Source of the DNA: Thermoproteota archaeon
GTDB taxonomy: Archaea; Korarchaeota; Korarchaeia; Korarchaeales; Korarchaeaceae
Length of the DNA: 64,000 nt
Direction of reading: 5' to 3'
NCBI GenBank assembly: GCA_026986575.1
Contig: JALSOH010000004.1
Coordinates: 736,001 to 800,000 of the forward strand
Below, piece after piece: positions 8,229 to 17,458 of the stretch; the first letter of the stretch is position 1, and the number at the start of each line of letters is the position of its first letter. The notes beneath the pieces are model-generated. The model was not told the DNA's origin. It did no database searches and saw only the letters and a program-made list of their open reading frames with translations. The position numbers and the translations under genes are program-made.

Positions 8229-10163
8229 ATGGTCAAGCTGAGATTGCCGGATGGGAGGGAGCTGGAGGCCAAAATAGGCGAGAGCATACTTGAGCAGATC
8301 CCACCTGAGTCTGGACTTGTGGCTAAGGTTGACGGCAGGCTAGTGGACCTCACTTGGATCGTTCGCGAGGGAGTGGGGACGATAGAGGTGCTGAACTTCA
8401 ACTCCCCCGAGGGCAGGGAGACTTACTGGCACACCTCTTCCCACATACTGGCTCAGGCGGTGAAGAGGCTCTTCCCAGATGCGAAGCTGGGAATAGGCCC
8501 CGCCATAGAGGAGGGCTTCTTCTATGACTTCGATCTCGGAGGGAGATCCTTCTCTCCGGAGGATCTGGAGAGGATAGAGGGGGAGATGAGGAGTATTGTG
8601 GAGGAGAACCTTCCAGTGGTCAGGGAGGAGATGGAGAGGGAGGAGGCCATCAAGCTGTTCAGGAGCATGGGCGAGGTATACAAGGTGGAACTCCTCGAGG
8701 AGATGGATGAGGATGTGGTCTCGGTCTACAGGCAGGGGGAGTTCGTGGACCTGTGCAGGGGACCCCACCTCCCCTACACTGGCTATGTGAAGGCCCTTAA
8801 GGTGCTCCACGCCTCCTCTGCCTACTGGAGGGGAGATGAGAGGAACCCAGTGATGCAGAGGGTCTACGGCATATCCTTCCCCACCGAGGAGGAGCTGAAA
8901 CGCTACCTGAAGATGAGGGAGGAGGCGAGGAAGAGGGACCACAGGATCGTGGGCCCGCAACTCGACCTCTTCTCCATGCCCTCCGAATTGATAGGACCCG
9001 GCTTGGTGATCTGGCACCCGAAGGGAGCGCGCATAAGGAGGGTGATAGAGGACTTCCTAGTGAGGGTCCACCTGAAGTGGGGCTACGAGCTCGTGTACTC
9101 GCCCCACATAGCCTACACCAACCTCTGGAGGACTTCGGGACACCTAAGCTACTACAGGGACTTCATGTACGTCTTCGAGAAGGAGGGGATAGAGCACGCG
9201 GTCAAGCCCATGAACTGCCCGTTCCACATACTCGTGTACAAGTCCAAGAGGAGGAGTTACAGAGAGCTCCCCATGAGGCTGTTCGAGCTCGGGACGGTGT
9301 ACAGGTACGAGAGGTCCGGTGTGCTGCACGGCCTGCTGAGGGCTAGAGGGTTCACCCAGGATGATGCCCACATCTTCACGACCCCGGAGAAGCTGGAGGA
9401 GGAGATATTCAGGGTAATAGAGCTGGACGAGTACCTGATGCGATCCTTCGGCTTCGAGGAGTTCAAGGTGGAGATCTCCACTTGGGATCCGAGGCACCCC
9501 GAAGAATACATGGGGAGCGAGGAGGACTGGAACAGGGCCCAATACGCCTTGGAGGAGGCTCTAAGGAAAAAGGGCTACGAGTACGAGGTGATGGAAGGTG
9601 AGGCAGCCTTCTACGGCCCCAAGATAGATGTGAAGCTCGTGGACTCCATAGGGAGGGAGTGGCAGCTGAGCACGATACAGCTCGACTTCAACCTCCCCAA
9701 GAGGTTCAACGTCACTTACGTGGACGCCGACGGGAATGAGAAGACCGTCATCATGATACACAGGGCCCTCCTAGGATCTATAGAGAGGTTCTTCGGCATA
9801 TTGCTCGAGCACTACGCCGGGAACTTCCCCCTCTGGCTAGCTCCGGTTCAAGTGAGGATTTTACCCGTAGCGGAGAGGCATTTGGACAGGGCGAGGGAAG
9901 TTTTAGACCGCCTGCTCAGTGCCGGGATCAGGGCCGATCTGGACGACGCTAGAGGGACCCTTGGGTACAGGATAAGGGAGAGCGAGCTGGAGAAGATTCC
10001 GATCCTCCTAGTGATAGGTGACAGAGAGGTCGAGTCTGGTAAAGTGGCAGTGAGGCGTAAGGGCAAGGGGAACCTAGGGTCCATGGATCTGGATGTGTTC
10101 CTCAGGGAGTTCACGGAGGAGTTCCTGCCGCCAGATCTGAGGGGAGGCTCCTCAACTTTTTAG
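8229..10163 (+). CDS. thrS: Threonyl-tRNA synthetase, bacterial type (TGS + N2 editing domain)
   Basis: WHTSSHILAQA, IGPAIEEGFFYDF, DLCRGPH, KPMNCPFH, RGFTQDDAHIF, GEAAFYGPKID, HRALLGSIERF; ATG at 8229 follows the RBS. Confidence 0.97.
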   Translation: MVKLRLPDGRELEAKIGESILEQIPPESGLVAKVDGRLVDLTWIVREGVGTIEVLNFNSPEGRETYWHTSSHILAQAVKRLFPDAKLGIGPAIEEGFFYDFDLGGRSFSPEDLERIEGEMRSIVEENLPVVREEMEREEAIKLFRSMGEVYKVELLEEMDEDVVSVYRQGEFVDLCRGPHLPYTGYVKALKVLHASSAYWRGDERNPVMQRVYGISFPTEEELKRYLKMREEARKRDHRIVGPQLDLFSMPSELIGPGLVIWHPKGARIRRVIEDFLVRVHLKWGYELVYSPHIAYTNLWRTSGHLSYYRDFMYVFEKEGIEHAVKPMNCPFHILVYKSKRRSYRELPMRLFELGTVYRYERSGVLHGLLRARGFTQDDAHIFTTPEKLEEEIFRVIELDEYLMRSFGFEEFKVEISTWDPRHPEEYMGSEEDWNRAQYALEEALRKKGYEYEVMEGEAAFYGPKIDVKLVDSIGREWQLSTIQLDFNLPKRFNVTYVDADGNEKTVIMIHRALLGSIERFFGILLEHYAGNFPLWLAPVQVRILPVAERHLDRAREVLDRLLSAGIRADLDDARGTLGYRIRESELEKIPILLVIGDREVESGKVAVRRKGKGNLGSMDLDVFLREFTEEFLPPDLRGGSSTF

Positions 10164-10185
10164 CCTCTCCTCGTCCCTTCCGTCT

Positions 10186-10731
10186 ATGAGGTTTAAATCC
10201 CTGACCTTGGGAGTGGGGGCATTCGCGGTTCCACTGTCCTCTGTCTTCCTCTCGATAGCCCTTTCCCCTTGGTTTCGATGGGAGGTCAACGCCCTCAGCG
10301 ATCTAGGCCACTCCCTGAAGAGCCCCGTGGCTCCCCTGTTCAACGTGGGTCTCGTCACGGGAGGACTCTTGATGATTCTCTACTCCGTTCTCTACATGAT
10401 TAGGAAGTACCCCCTTACCTCGAAGCTAATTGCAGCGTCTGGATACTTCCTGATGCTGGTAGGGACCTTCGACGAGGTGTACGGGAGGCTTCACTTCTTG
10501 GTATCCCTGTTCTTCTTCTTGGGGATCGCCATAGCAGCCATAGTTTACGGTTACGAGGAGGGGAAGAACTATCCTGTGATCTCCACCGTAGCAATCGCGG
10601 TCTCTTGGGCGCTGCAACTGTCCGGGGCTTGCCCGTGTGGTGAAGCGGTTCCCGAGATGATCTCGATTCTAGTGACCCTTCCGTGGTACTTGGACTCGTT
10701 GAGGAATGTGGAGAGGAGTCTTAAGTGGTAG
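10186..10731 (+). CDS. Membrane protein, DUF998-like
   Basis: SPWF.W..NALSDLG and LVGTFDEVYGRLH motifs, about 6 TM helices. Confidence 0.75.
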   Translation: MRFKSLTLGVGAFAVPLSSVFLSIALSPWFRWEVNALSDLGHSLKSPVAPLFNVGLVTGGLLMILYSVLYMIRKYPLTSKLIAASGYFLMLVGTFDEVYGRLHFLVSLFFFLGIAIAAIVYGYEEGKNYPVISTVAIAVSWALQLSGACPCGEAVPEMISILVTLPWYLDSLRNVERSLKW

Positions 10732-11890
10732 TGGGGTGGTGGATACGGAACTGAAGCGGAGGGAGGCCTACAAAGCAATCATCCTGTTTGGGCTCGTGAG
10801 TCTAGTGGGGGATGTGATCTACGAGGGGGCTAGGGCGGTGGCCCCATCCTATTTGGGAGCTTTAGGTGCTACCGCCCTAGTAGTGGGACTGGTCTTCGGC
10901 GTCTCCGAGTTCGTTGGACTGTCCCTAAGGCTTGTTAGTGGCGTGTTGGCCGACATCACGGGCGCTTACTGGGCCCTCTACCTCTTGGGCTACGGTCTAA
11001 TAGTATCGATACCCCTTCTCGGCCTGACCAACCTGTGGCCCGTGGCCGTGGCCCTGATCTTCGCCGAAAGGATCGCCAAAGGCCTCAGATCTCCAGCCAG
11101 GGATGTCCTAATCTCTGCAGTGTCCAAGGGGGTCGGTGCCGGGAAGGCGTTCGGCCTGCACGAGCTCATGGATCAGGTAGGTGCCATCTCGGGACCGGCA
11201 CTGCTGGGCACGATTTTGCTCCTCCGACCCAACGACTATTCCTTAGCCTTCCTCTCGCTCCTGATCCCCTACCTCGTCCTGCTAGCCTCAATCCTCTACA
11301 TCTACTACAGGTTCAGGGGCGCGATCCCCGCGGGGAAGGGGAACAAGCTCAGTCTATCTGATCTCCCGACTAACTTCTGGATATACTCGCTAGCGGTCTT
11401 CCTGAACACGGCCGGTCTGATTCACGTCTCTCTGATTGTGCTCACCTCCAGCGAGGCCTTTTCCCCTTGGATGGCTGCCTACCTCTATGTACTCATGCAG
11501 GCCGTGGATGCGATCTCCGCTCCTATGGCAGGCCTCGCCTACGACAGGATGGGGAGGAAGGTGCTGTATCTGCCGTTCCTACTTTCTCCGATACCATCCA
11601 TAGCCACCCTTATGGGAGGGAGCAAAGTGCTCTTGGCGGTGATCTTCTTCGGAGTGATCTACGGGATGCAGGAGTCCATCTACAGAGCGGCGGTCTCAGA
11701 TCTAGTCTCAATGGAGGTGAGAGGGACAGCCTACGGCATGTTCAACACAGCCTACGGCCTCGGTTTTCTGGTGAGCGGCTCACTCTTCGGCTACTTCCTC
11801 TACACTGGGGATGTGCTCACGGGCACCGTGTTCTCCATTACCGCGCAGATTGTAGCGATAATTGCCCTCCACAGATCCCTACTCGATTGA
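10706..11890 (+). CDS. MFS transporter (true start probably near 10735-10738)
   Basis: About 12 TM helices; ERIAKGLRSPARD and GKAFGLHE..DQ.GA..GP motifs. Confidence 0.88.
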   Translation: MWRGVLSGSGVVDTELKRREAYKAIILFGLVSLVGDVIYEGARAVAPSYLGALGATALVVGLVFGVSEFVGLSLRLVSGVLADITGAYWALYLLGYGLIVSIPLLGLTNLWPVAVALIFAERIAKGLRSPARDVLISAVSKGVGAGKAFGLHELMDQVGAISGPALLGTILLLRPNDYSLAFLSLLIPYLVLLASILYIYYRFRGAIPAGKGNKLSLSDLPTNFWIYSLAVFLNTAGLIHVSLIVLTSSEAFSPWMAAYLYVLMQAVDAISAPMAGLAYDRMGRKVLYLPFLLSPIPSIATLMGGSKVLLAVIFFGVIYGMQESIYRAAVSDLVSMEVRGTAYGMFNTAYGLGFLVSGSLFGYFLYTGDVLTGTVFSITAQIVAIIALHRSLLD

Positions 11891-12781
11891 GACACCCACC
11901 TCCTCCAATACCTCCCTTATCTTCGCCCTAACCTCGGCGGATTCTACCATTAGAGGGGGCCTGCACACTTCCTTCACCGGAGCTCCAAGTATCGACAGGG
12001 CGGTCTTTATCGCGGTCGGGAACGAGGATGCGAAGTCATATATCCTAGCAAGGCTCGCGAGCTTTCTGAACCCTTCCACGGAGCCTTTGAGATCCCCGGA
12101 GAGCCACGACCGGTGTATCGACAGGTGGATCTCGGGTGCAACGTTGGCTAGGGCCATGATCCCGCCGTCCCCTCCCAAAGCTAGGGTGTTGAGCAAGTGG
12201 TCATCCATCCCGGTCAGCACAGAGAAGTCCGGCCTGACGGATTTCACCTTGACCACGAGGTTGCGCATATATGAAACGCTGTCCTTTGTCACTTTCGCGC
12301 CCACCACGTTGGAGAACTCCTCAGCTAGCCTGACATAGACGCTCACGGGGATTTCATTTCCGGTGAGGGACGGTATATTGTATACGATGAGTGGTAGATC
12401 CAAGGAGTTGGCTATCCTGCTGAAGTGGTGGAGGAGCCAGTCCTCCTTGAGCTTGAAGAAGTAAGGGGGCATCACCACGGCGCCGTCCACTCCTAAGTCT
12501 TTCATCTCCCTACCGAGTGAGATGGCCTCCTCCGTGTAATTTGAGCTTATCCCAGGGAGTATCTTGGGTCCTTCAACAGCATCTAGGCTTATCCTCACTA
12601 CATCGAGCATCTCTTCCCTCCTAAGGTGAACGAATTCCCCGGTAGTCGAGTTGACGAAGATACCATCAACTCCTCTCTCGCTTAAGAATGAAATGAGCCA
12701 TCTCAAGGCCTCTTCATCGATGGAAAGGTCCTCATTGAAGGGGGTTACCATCGGAACTATTACTCCGGAAAATCCCTTCAT
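11879..12781 (-). CDS. Dihydrodipicolinate synthase/N-acetylneuraminate lyase family aldolase
   Basis: MVTPF, NSTTGEF, PPYFF, YNIP..TG, Schiff-base Lys in GAKVT. Confidence 0.9.
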   Translation of the reverse strand: MKGFSGVIVPMVTPFNEDLSIDEEALRWLISFLSERGVDGIFVNSTTGEFVHLRREEMLDVVRISLDAVEGPKILPGISSNYTEEAISLGREMKDLGVDGAVVMPPYFFKLKEDWLLHHFSRIANSLDLPLIVYNIPSLTGNEIPVSVYVRLAEEFSNVVGAKVTKDSVSYMRNLVVKVKSVRPDFSVLTGMDDHLLNTLALGGDGGIMALANVAPEIHLSIHRSWLSGDLKGSVEGFRKLASLARIYDFASSFPTAIKTALSILGAPVKEVCRPPLMVESAEVRAKIREVLEEVGVSIE

Positions 12782-12813
12782 ATGAATGAGAGGGGGAGGA
12801 GATCATATAACCC

Positions 12814-12996
12814 CTAAGTGGTGAGGGACCTCTGCAGTCCCTGAACGTACCTAGCAAGGAGGTAGGCCATGGCCAGGTTAGTGGTGGCCATGAGTATGCC
12901 GACCCCTCCGTCGAATCCCATCAGGGTCAGCACCAGCCCTACATGGTAGGCAAGAGCGTTACCCACCATCAATCCGAAGGTCCTCAAGGCCACCAC
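12814..12996 (-). CDS. Small (about 60 aa) membrane protein; GTG start inferred
   Basis: Hydrophobic C-terminal part of ORF 12814..13122, with a TTTATAA box on the minus strand about 20-25 nt upstream. Confidence 0.45.
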   Translation of the reverse strand: MVALRTFGLMVGNALAYHVGLVLTLMGFDGGVGILMATTNLAMAYLLARYVQGLQRSLTT

Positions 12997-13184
12997 CGCT
13001 GATCCTTCCACCAGCGTTATAAATACAAATTGCTCGATATCGTTTCGTAACGTTTCAATAGAATTGTTGGGGACCCTTTCTACCATTACATGCTTACAGG
13101 AGGGGGAACTTAACGTAATCACATCTGAGAAAACCGTTCAGAGGAAGGTAAAGACTTTTGATACCGGAAGGCTAGGGAGCTGGA

Positions 13185-14267
13185 GTGAACATGAGGGTGT
13201 ATTTGGACAACGAACTCTCTCCTAGGCCTCCGGACGAGATAGTCGAGTTTCTCACCCCTTTCTTTAACAAGAAAGCTTATGGATCCCCTAAGGTACCACA
13301 CGAACCCGGTCTGGAGGCTTATCAGTTCATTCAAGAGGTGCTGGAGTACATGGGCTCCTTGCTCAACTCCGAGGGCGACTTCACTATAGTGGGTAGCGGG
13401 ACGGAGGCCAACAATCTGGCCCTGAAGGGGATCATTCGGTACCTCGGCAGGAAGGGTAATCTGGTGACGAGCTCTGTCGAGCATAGGAGCGTGTTTGGCC
13501 CCTTGGAGGATCTATCCCAGGTAGTTGGGGTTAGGATAGCCCAAGTGGACGAGGACGGTCACGTTAAGGTTGAGGAGATTGAGAAGTTGATGGACGGGGA
13601 GACAATCATGGTCAGCGTCCAGATGGTGAATCAGGAGACGGGCGCGATCCACGATCTGGACGCGGTTTCCGACATAACTAGGGATAAGGGAGTTCTCCTA
13701 CATGTGGACGCGTGCGATGCCTTGGGAAGGCTACCCATAGACCTATCCAAAGTGGACCTCCTCTCCTTGAGCGGAAGCAAGATATATGGTCCGAGAGGAG
13801 TTGGATTCCTCTACGTCAGGGAAGATCTGGATCTGAAGCCCATAATGTCGGGAAGCTCTGGGATACAACTGTTAACCCCTGTTGACGTGAATGTACCCGC
13901 TTTAGCTGGATTCTATAAGGCCTTACAGCTGTTCGGTTCCCATGAAAATTGGAGGGAAGTGAAGATGATGAGGGATAGGATATCCGAGGAGCTGGAGGCC
14001 ATGGGCGTGGTAATGAATAGCCCGCCGGACTCGATCGACACAATCAACTTCTCGGTGAATGAGGGGGCAGGGGCACTGATACTAGAGGCGAGTTCACGCG
14101 GGCTCTACCTGTCTCAGGGCACCTCTGAACCGGTGAGCTACGTACTCACCGCCATGGGAAGGCCGAGGGACTTGGCCGCTAACAGTCTCATGTTAAAGCT
14201 TCATCCATATATGAGGTGGAAGGAGGTCGACTTCACGATAGAAGTATTGAGCGACCTGCTGAGGTGA
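13185..14267 (+). CDS. Class V aminotransferase, IscS/NifS-like, lacking the catalytic Cys
   Basis: YLDN, GTEANN, TSSVEH, VNQETG, HVDA, SGSKIYGPRGVG; the SSGSAC loop is replaced by SQGTS. Confidence 0.85.
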   Translation: MNMRVYLDNELSPRPPDEIVEFLTPFFNKKAYGSPKVPHEPGLEAYQFIQEVLEYMGSLLNSEGDFTIVGSGTEANNLALKGIIRYLGRKGNLVTSSVEHRSVFGPLEDLSQVVGVRIAQVDEDGHVKVEEIEKLMDGETIMVSVQMVNQETGAIHDLDAVSDITRDKGVLLHVDACDALGRLPIDLSKVDLLSLSGSKIYGPRGVGFLYVREDLDLKPIMSGSSGIQLLTPVDVNVPALAGFYKALQLFGSHENWREVKMMRDRISEELEAMGVVMNSPPDSIDTINFSVNEGAGALILEASSRGLYLSQGTSEPVSYVLTAMGRPRDLAANSLMLKLHPYMRWKEVDFTIEVLSDLLR

Positions 14268-14352
14268 GAGGAAGCTTAAAGAGGACGAGTTCTCGCGGAT
14301 CATTTCACACATGAAAAAAGGAAACTATTTCAAATATACTTTGAACTGAATC

Positions 14353-15747
14353 ATGGTGCCCTGTATGTCCGAGCATAAGCCTACTGTTGAGGAGCTTCTT
14401 AAGAAGGCTGAAAAGCCTTCCAAGCTAGCCCTGGCATACCATCCGTTTTATGAGGGCAAGGTTCAAGTTATGCCCAAATGTGTCGTCAGGGATGTGGATG
14501 ACTTCGCCATCTGGTACACGCCCGGCGTCGCAGCCTCGTGCAAGGTGATAAAGGAGGATCCCGAGCAATCTTTCTACCACACCAACAGGTGGAACTATGT
14601 TGCCGTCGTGAGCGACGGCACTAGGGTTCTGGGACTCGGTAATATAGGTCCGGAGGCAGGCCTACCTGTGATGGAGGGTAAGGCCCTCCTATTCAAGTAT
14701 TTGGGGGGAGTCGATGCCTTCCCACTAGTTGTTAGGGCTCACAAGCCGGATGAGATGCTCAAGCTCTTGGAGTGGATCGAACCTAACTTCGGAGGGATCA
14801 ACCTAGAGGATATCGAGAAGCCGAAGTGTTATTATGTATTGGAAGAGGCGAGGAAGAGGCTTGAGATCCCCGTTTGGCACGATGATCAGCAGGGAACAGC
14901 CACCGTGGTATATGCAGGTCTCAAGAACGCATTCAAAGTAGTTGGCAAGGATATGAAGCAGGCGAAGATAGTCTTCTATGGAGCGGGCGCATCCAACGTC
15001 AGAGGAGCGATAGTCCTGATAAAGGCAGGCGTACCTCCGGGACATATCGTGATGATAGACAGCAAGGGACCATTATACCGTGACAGGCCTGATATGGACG
15101 AGATAAAGGAGAAAGATCCGTGGAAGTACGATCTGGCCATGAAGACCAATGACGAGAACGCTAAAACCATAGAGGAGGCCTTCAAGGGGGCTGACGCAGT
15201 TATAGGAATGAGCAGACCTGGACCCGGTGTTATTAAACCCGAGTGGATCAGGCTGATGAATGACGACGCCATAGTATTCGCGTGCGCCAACCCGGTCCCT
15301 GAGATATGGCCTTGGGAGGCTAAGGAAGCTGGAGCTAGGATCGTCGCCACTGGAAGGAGCGACTTCCCCAACCAAGTGAACAACAGCCTCGGATTCCCCG
15401 CGATTTTCAGAGGCGTCTTAGATGTGAGGGCGAAGACCATAACCGACGAGATGTGTATAGCTGCTGGAGACGCCCTAGCCAAGTTCGCCGAGGAGAAGGG
15501 AATACACGAGGAGTACATACTCCCGACTATGGACGAGTGGGAGGTATATCCGCTGGAGGCGGTAGCTGCGGCTGAGCAGTCCATCAAACAGGGCGTGGCT
15601 AGGAAGATCCTCAGCAGGAACGAGCTCTACGAGAGGGCAGTGAACATAATTAGGAATGCCAGAGAGGCGACCAAGCTCCTCATGGAGAAGGGCCTGATAC
15701 CATCTCCACCTCCTGAGGAGGAGGTCTTGGAGAGCTACGGCCCATAA
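14353..15747 (+). CDS. NAD(P)-dependent malic enzyme
   Basis: [65 protein letters not shown]. Confidence 0.95.
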   Translation: MVPCMSEHKPTVEELLKKAEKPSKLALAYHPFYEGKVQVMPKCVVRDVDDFAIWYTPGVAASCKVIKEDPEQSFYHTNRWNYVAVVSDGTRVLGLGNIGPEAGLPVMEGKALLFKYLGGVDAFPLVVRAHKPDEMLKLLEWIEPNFGGINLEDIEKPKCYYVLEEARKRLEIPVWHDDQQGTATVVYAGLKNAFKVVGKDMKQAKIVFYGAGASNVRGAIVLIKAGVPPGHIVMIDSKGPLYRDRPDMDEIKEKDPWKYDLAMKTNDENAKTIEEAFKGADAVIGMSRPGPGVIKPEWIRLMNDDAIVFACANPVPEIWPWEAKEAGARIVATGRSDFPNQVNNSLGFPAIFRGVLDVRAKTITDEMCIAAGDALAKFAEEKGIHEEYILPTMDEWEVYPLEAVAAAEQSIKQGVARKILSRNELYERAVNIIRNAREATKLLMEKGLIPSPPPEEEVLESYGP

Positions 15748-15756
15748 ACATCCTCC

Positions 15757-15765
15757 TTTTTCTTT
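15757..15765 (+). terminator. Oligo-T archaeal terminator after the malic enzyme gene
   Basis: TTTTTCTTT 10 nt downstream of the stop codon. Confidence 0.5.
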
Positions 15766-15835
15766 CCCCATAACTCTAGGGAGTCCCGCCAGTTGCATAC
15801 AGTTCACTTTTTAACGCTGGGTGTCCTTCTAGCCT

Positions 15836-17449
15836 ATGCGACTGACCTTCGCGGCATTGCTCCTGACACTCTTGCTTGCATCACAAGCCCCCCCAACCCA
15901 AGCATCCCCACAGGGACGTAAGGTCCTCATAATAGCCAACGAGTTCGATTCCAAGGCCGCGGATGTATTGAAGACGGCCCTCTCGGAACTTGGCATGGAA
16001 GTGGAGAGGTCCATTAAGCCTTCTGATGGTTATGAGTTCTACTTCGTCTTGGGTGGGCCGCTCGCTAAGGATGTAGGACATCTCTCTAGGAAGCTGCTAC
16101 CCCTGGAGGAGTCACAGGCCCTCATGAATGTGAGGGGATACTGGACCTTCGTCCTCTCTTCCATCGATGGAAGGGGCGCTCTGGTTATAGCGGGCCACAC
16201 CAGAAAGGAGACCCTACAGGCCGTTAATTCCCTCCTAGACAACGGGATCGTGGAATTCATGATGGACACAGAGGTGAGGGTAGCACCCCCTCTCTCAGAA
16301 AAAGAGAGGAGAAATACCACCTCGCTGCACTTCAAGTGGAGGTTCCCCCCCAAGGTGGGCAAGGACTATGAGCTCTCCCTAGATATTCCCTTACCTCTAG
16401 TAGATTTCTTTAAGGTAAAACCGAGGATGAAGGTGGTCGAGTTCAATGAGAGCAAGGAGACCCTGATATTCACGTGGTACTTGATGGTCAGGACGCCCCA
16501 CGATGACCCCTACATCTCTAAACTCGTCGAGAAGCTCGAATCCATTGCAGATAGCGAGGGAATGGACGAGTACAGGAAGCTCTGGTTCGTCGCCTCCTTC
16601 GTTCAGAGCCTGAAGTACTCGTTAGCCAACGAGTTCTCCCCAACCGGGGATTACCCCAGCTACCCGTTAGAGACCCTTTACAGGGGTAACGGCGACTGCG
16701 AGGACCTGTCAATCCTCCTAATATCCCTCTATGAGCAGATGGGCTACAAATCGGCCCTCCTGATAATGCCCACCCACGCAGCCGCCGCCTTATCTATGAA
16801 TCCGGAGCTGGTGAGGTGGCCTCGCGTCAAGGCGGACGTAATAGACTTCGAGGGAACTCCAGTGGTTCTCGTTGATCTCCTAGACCTCCAGAGAAAATTG
16901 GGGGAGGGACCAGCTTCCTTGGAGTTCGAGCTAGGTGGAGCGAGCTACTTCTACGTGGAGACCACGAACTTCTTCATGCCAGGCGAAGTTCCCGACCTGT
17001 CGTGGCTGGCCGATCAAATAGGCTGGTACTACAGGGACTTCCCCCTCTTCGTCGTGAGCATGGAGGGGGTCTCCGTTCCTCTCATAGCCAACTACACCAT
17101 AGCCACTAGGAGGATAGGAGACGGATACGGGGTCACGGTCATAGCCAAGGTGGCCAACGTGGGTGAGATGGAGACCGTCCCCCTCAAATTGGAAGCTCAG
17201 CTCTACCCCTTGAGCCAGGTGAGGGTCGGAGGGAACGATCCCCATTTAGTAAGACTCGGGGGAGCTGGCGACAGGTTGACCCTAGACAGGAAAGTTGAGC
17301 TGGTGGATGTGGGCACCCTGCAGCCGGGTACCGTGAAGACCATTGTAATAAATTTCTACACCGTGATCTCAAAGATGGGAGCGGGCATCACGCTGAAATA
17401 CCAGGGCTCCGATCTGGATTTCATAAGGATAAGGCCATTCAATCCGTGA
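15836..17449 (+). CDS. Secreted transglutaminase-like (Cys protease fold) protein with an N-terminal S-layer-type module and a C-terminal Ig-like region
   Basis: Signal peptide; FVQSLKY, YPLETL...GDCED, THAAAA, YYVETT-like (FYVETT) motifs. Confidence 0.75.
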   Translation: MRLTFAALLLTLLLASQAPPTQASPQGRKVLIIANEFDSKAADVLKTALSELGMEVERSIKPSDGYEFYFVLGGPLAKDVGHLSRKLLPLEESQALMNVRGYWTFVLSSIDGRGALVIAGHTRKETLQAVNSLLDNGIVEFMMDTEVRVAPPLSEKERRNTTSLHFKWRFPPKVGKDYELSLDIPLPLVDFFKVKPRMKVVEFNESKETLIFTWYLMVRTPHDDPYISKLVEKLESIADSEGMDEYRKLWFVASFVQSLKYSLANEFSPTGDYPSYPLETLYRGNGDCEDLSILLISLYEQMGYKSALLIMPTHAAAALSMNPELVRWPRVKADVIDFEGTPVVLVDLLDLQRKLGEGPASLEFELGGASYFYVETTNFFMPGEVPDLSWLADQIGWYYRDFPLFVVSMEGVSVPLIANYTIATRRIGDGYGVTVIAKVANVGEMETVPLKLEAQLYPLSQVRVGGNDPHLVRLGGAGDRLTLDRKVELVDVGTLQPGTVKTIVINFYTVISKMGAGITLKYQGSDLDFIRIRPFNP

Positions 17450-17458
17450 GGTGATCGG

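Noticed and set aside
7967-8401. Short minus-strand ORFs across the thrS upstream region
   Set aside because: They cross the TATA box or lie antisense to thrS and have no recognisable motifs.
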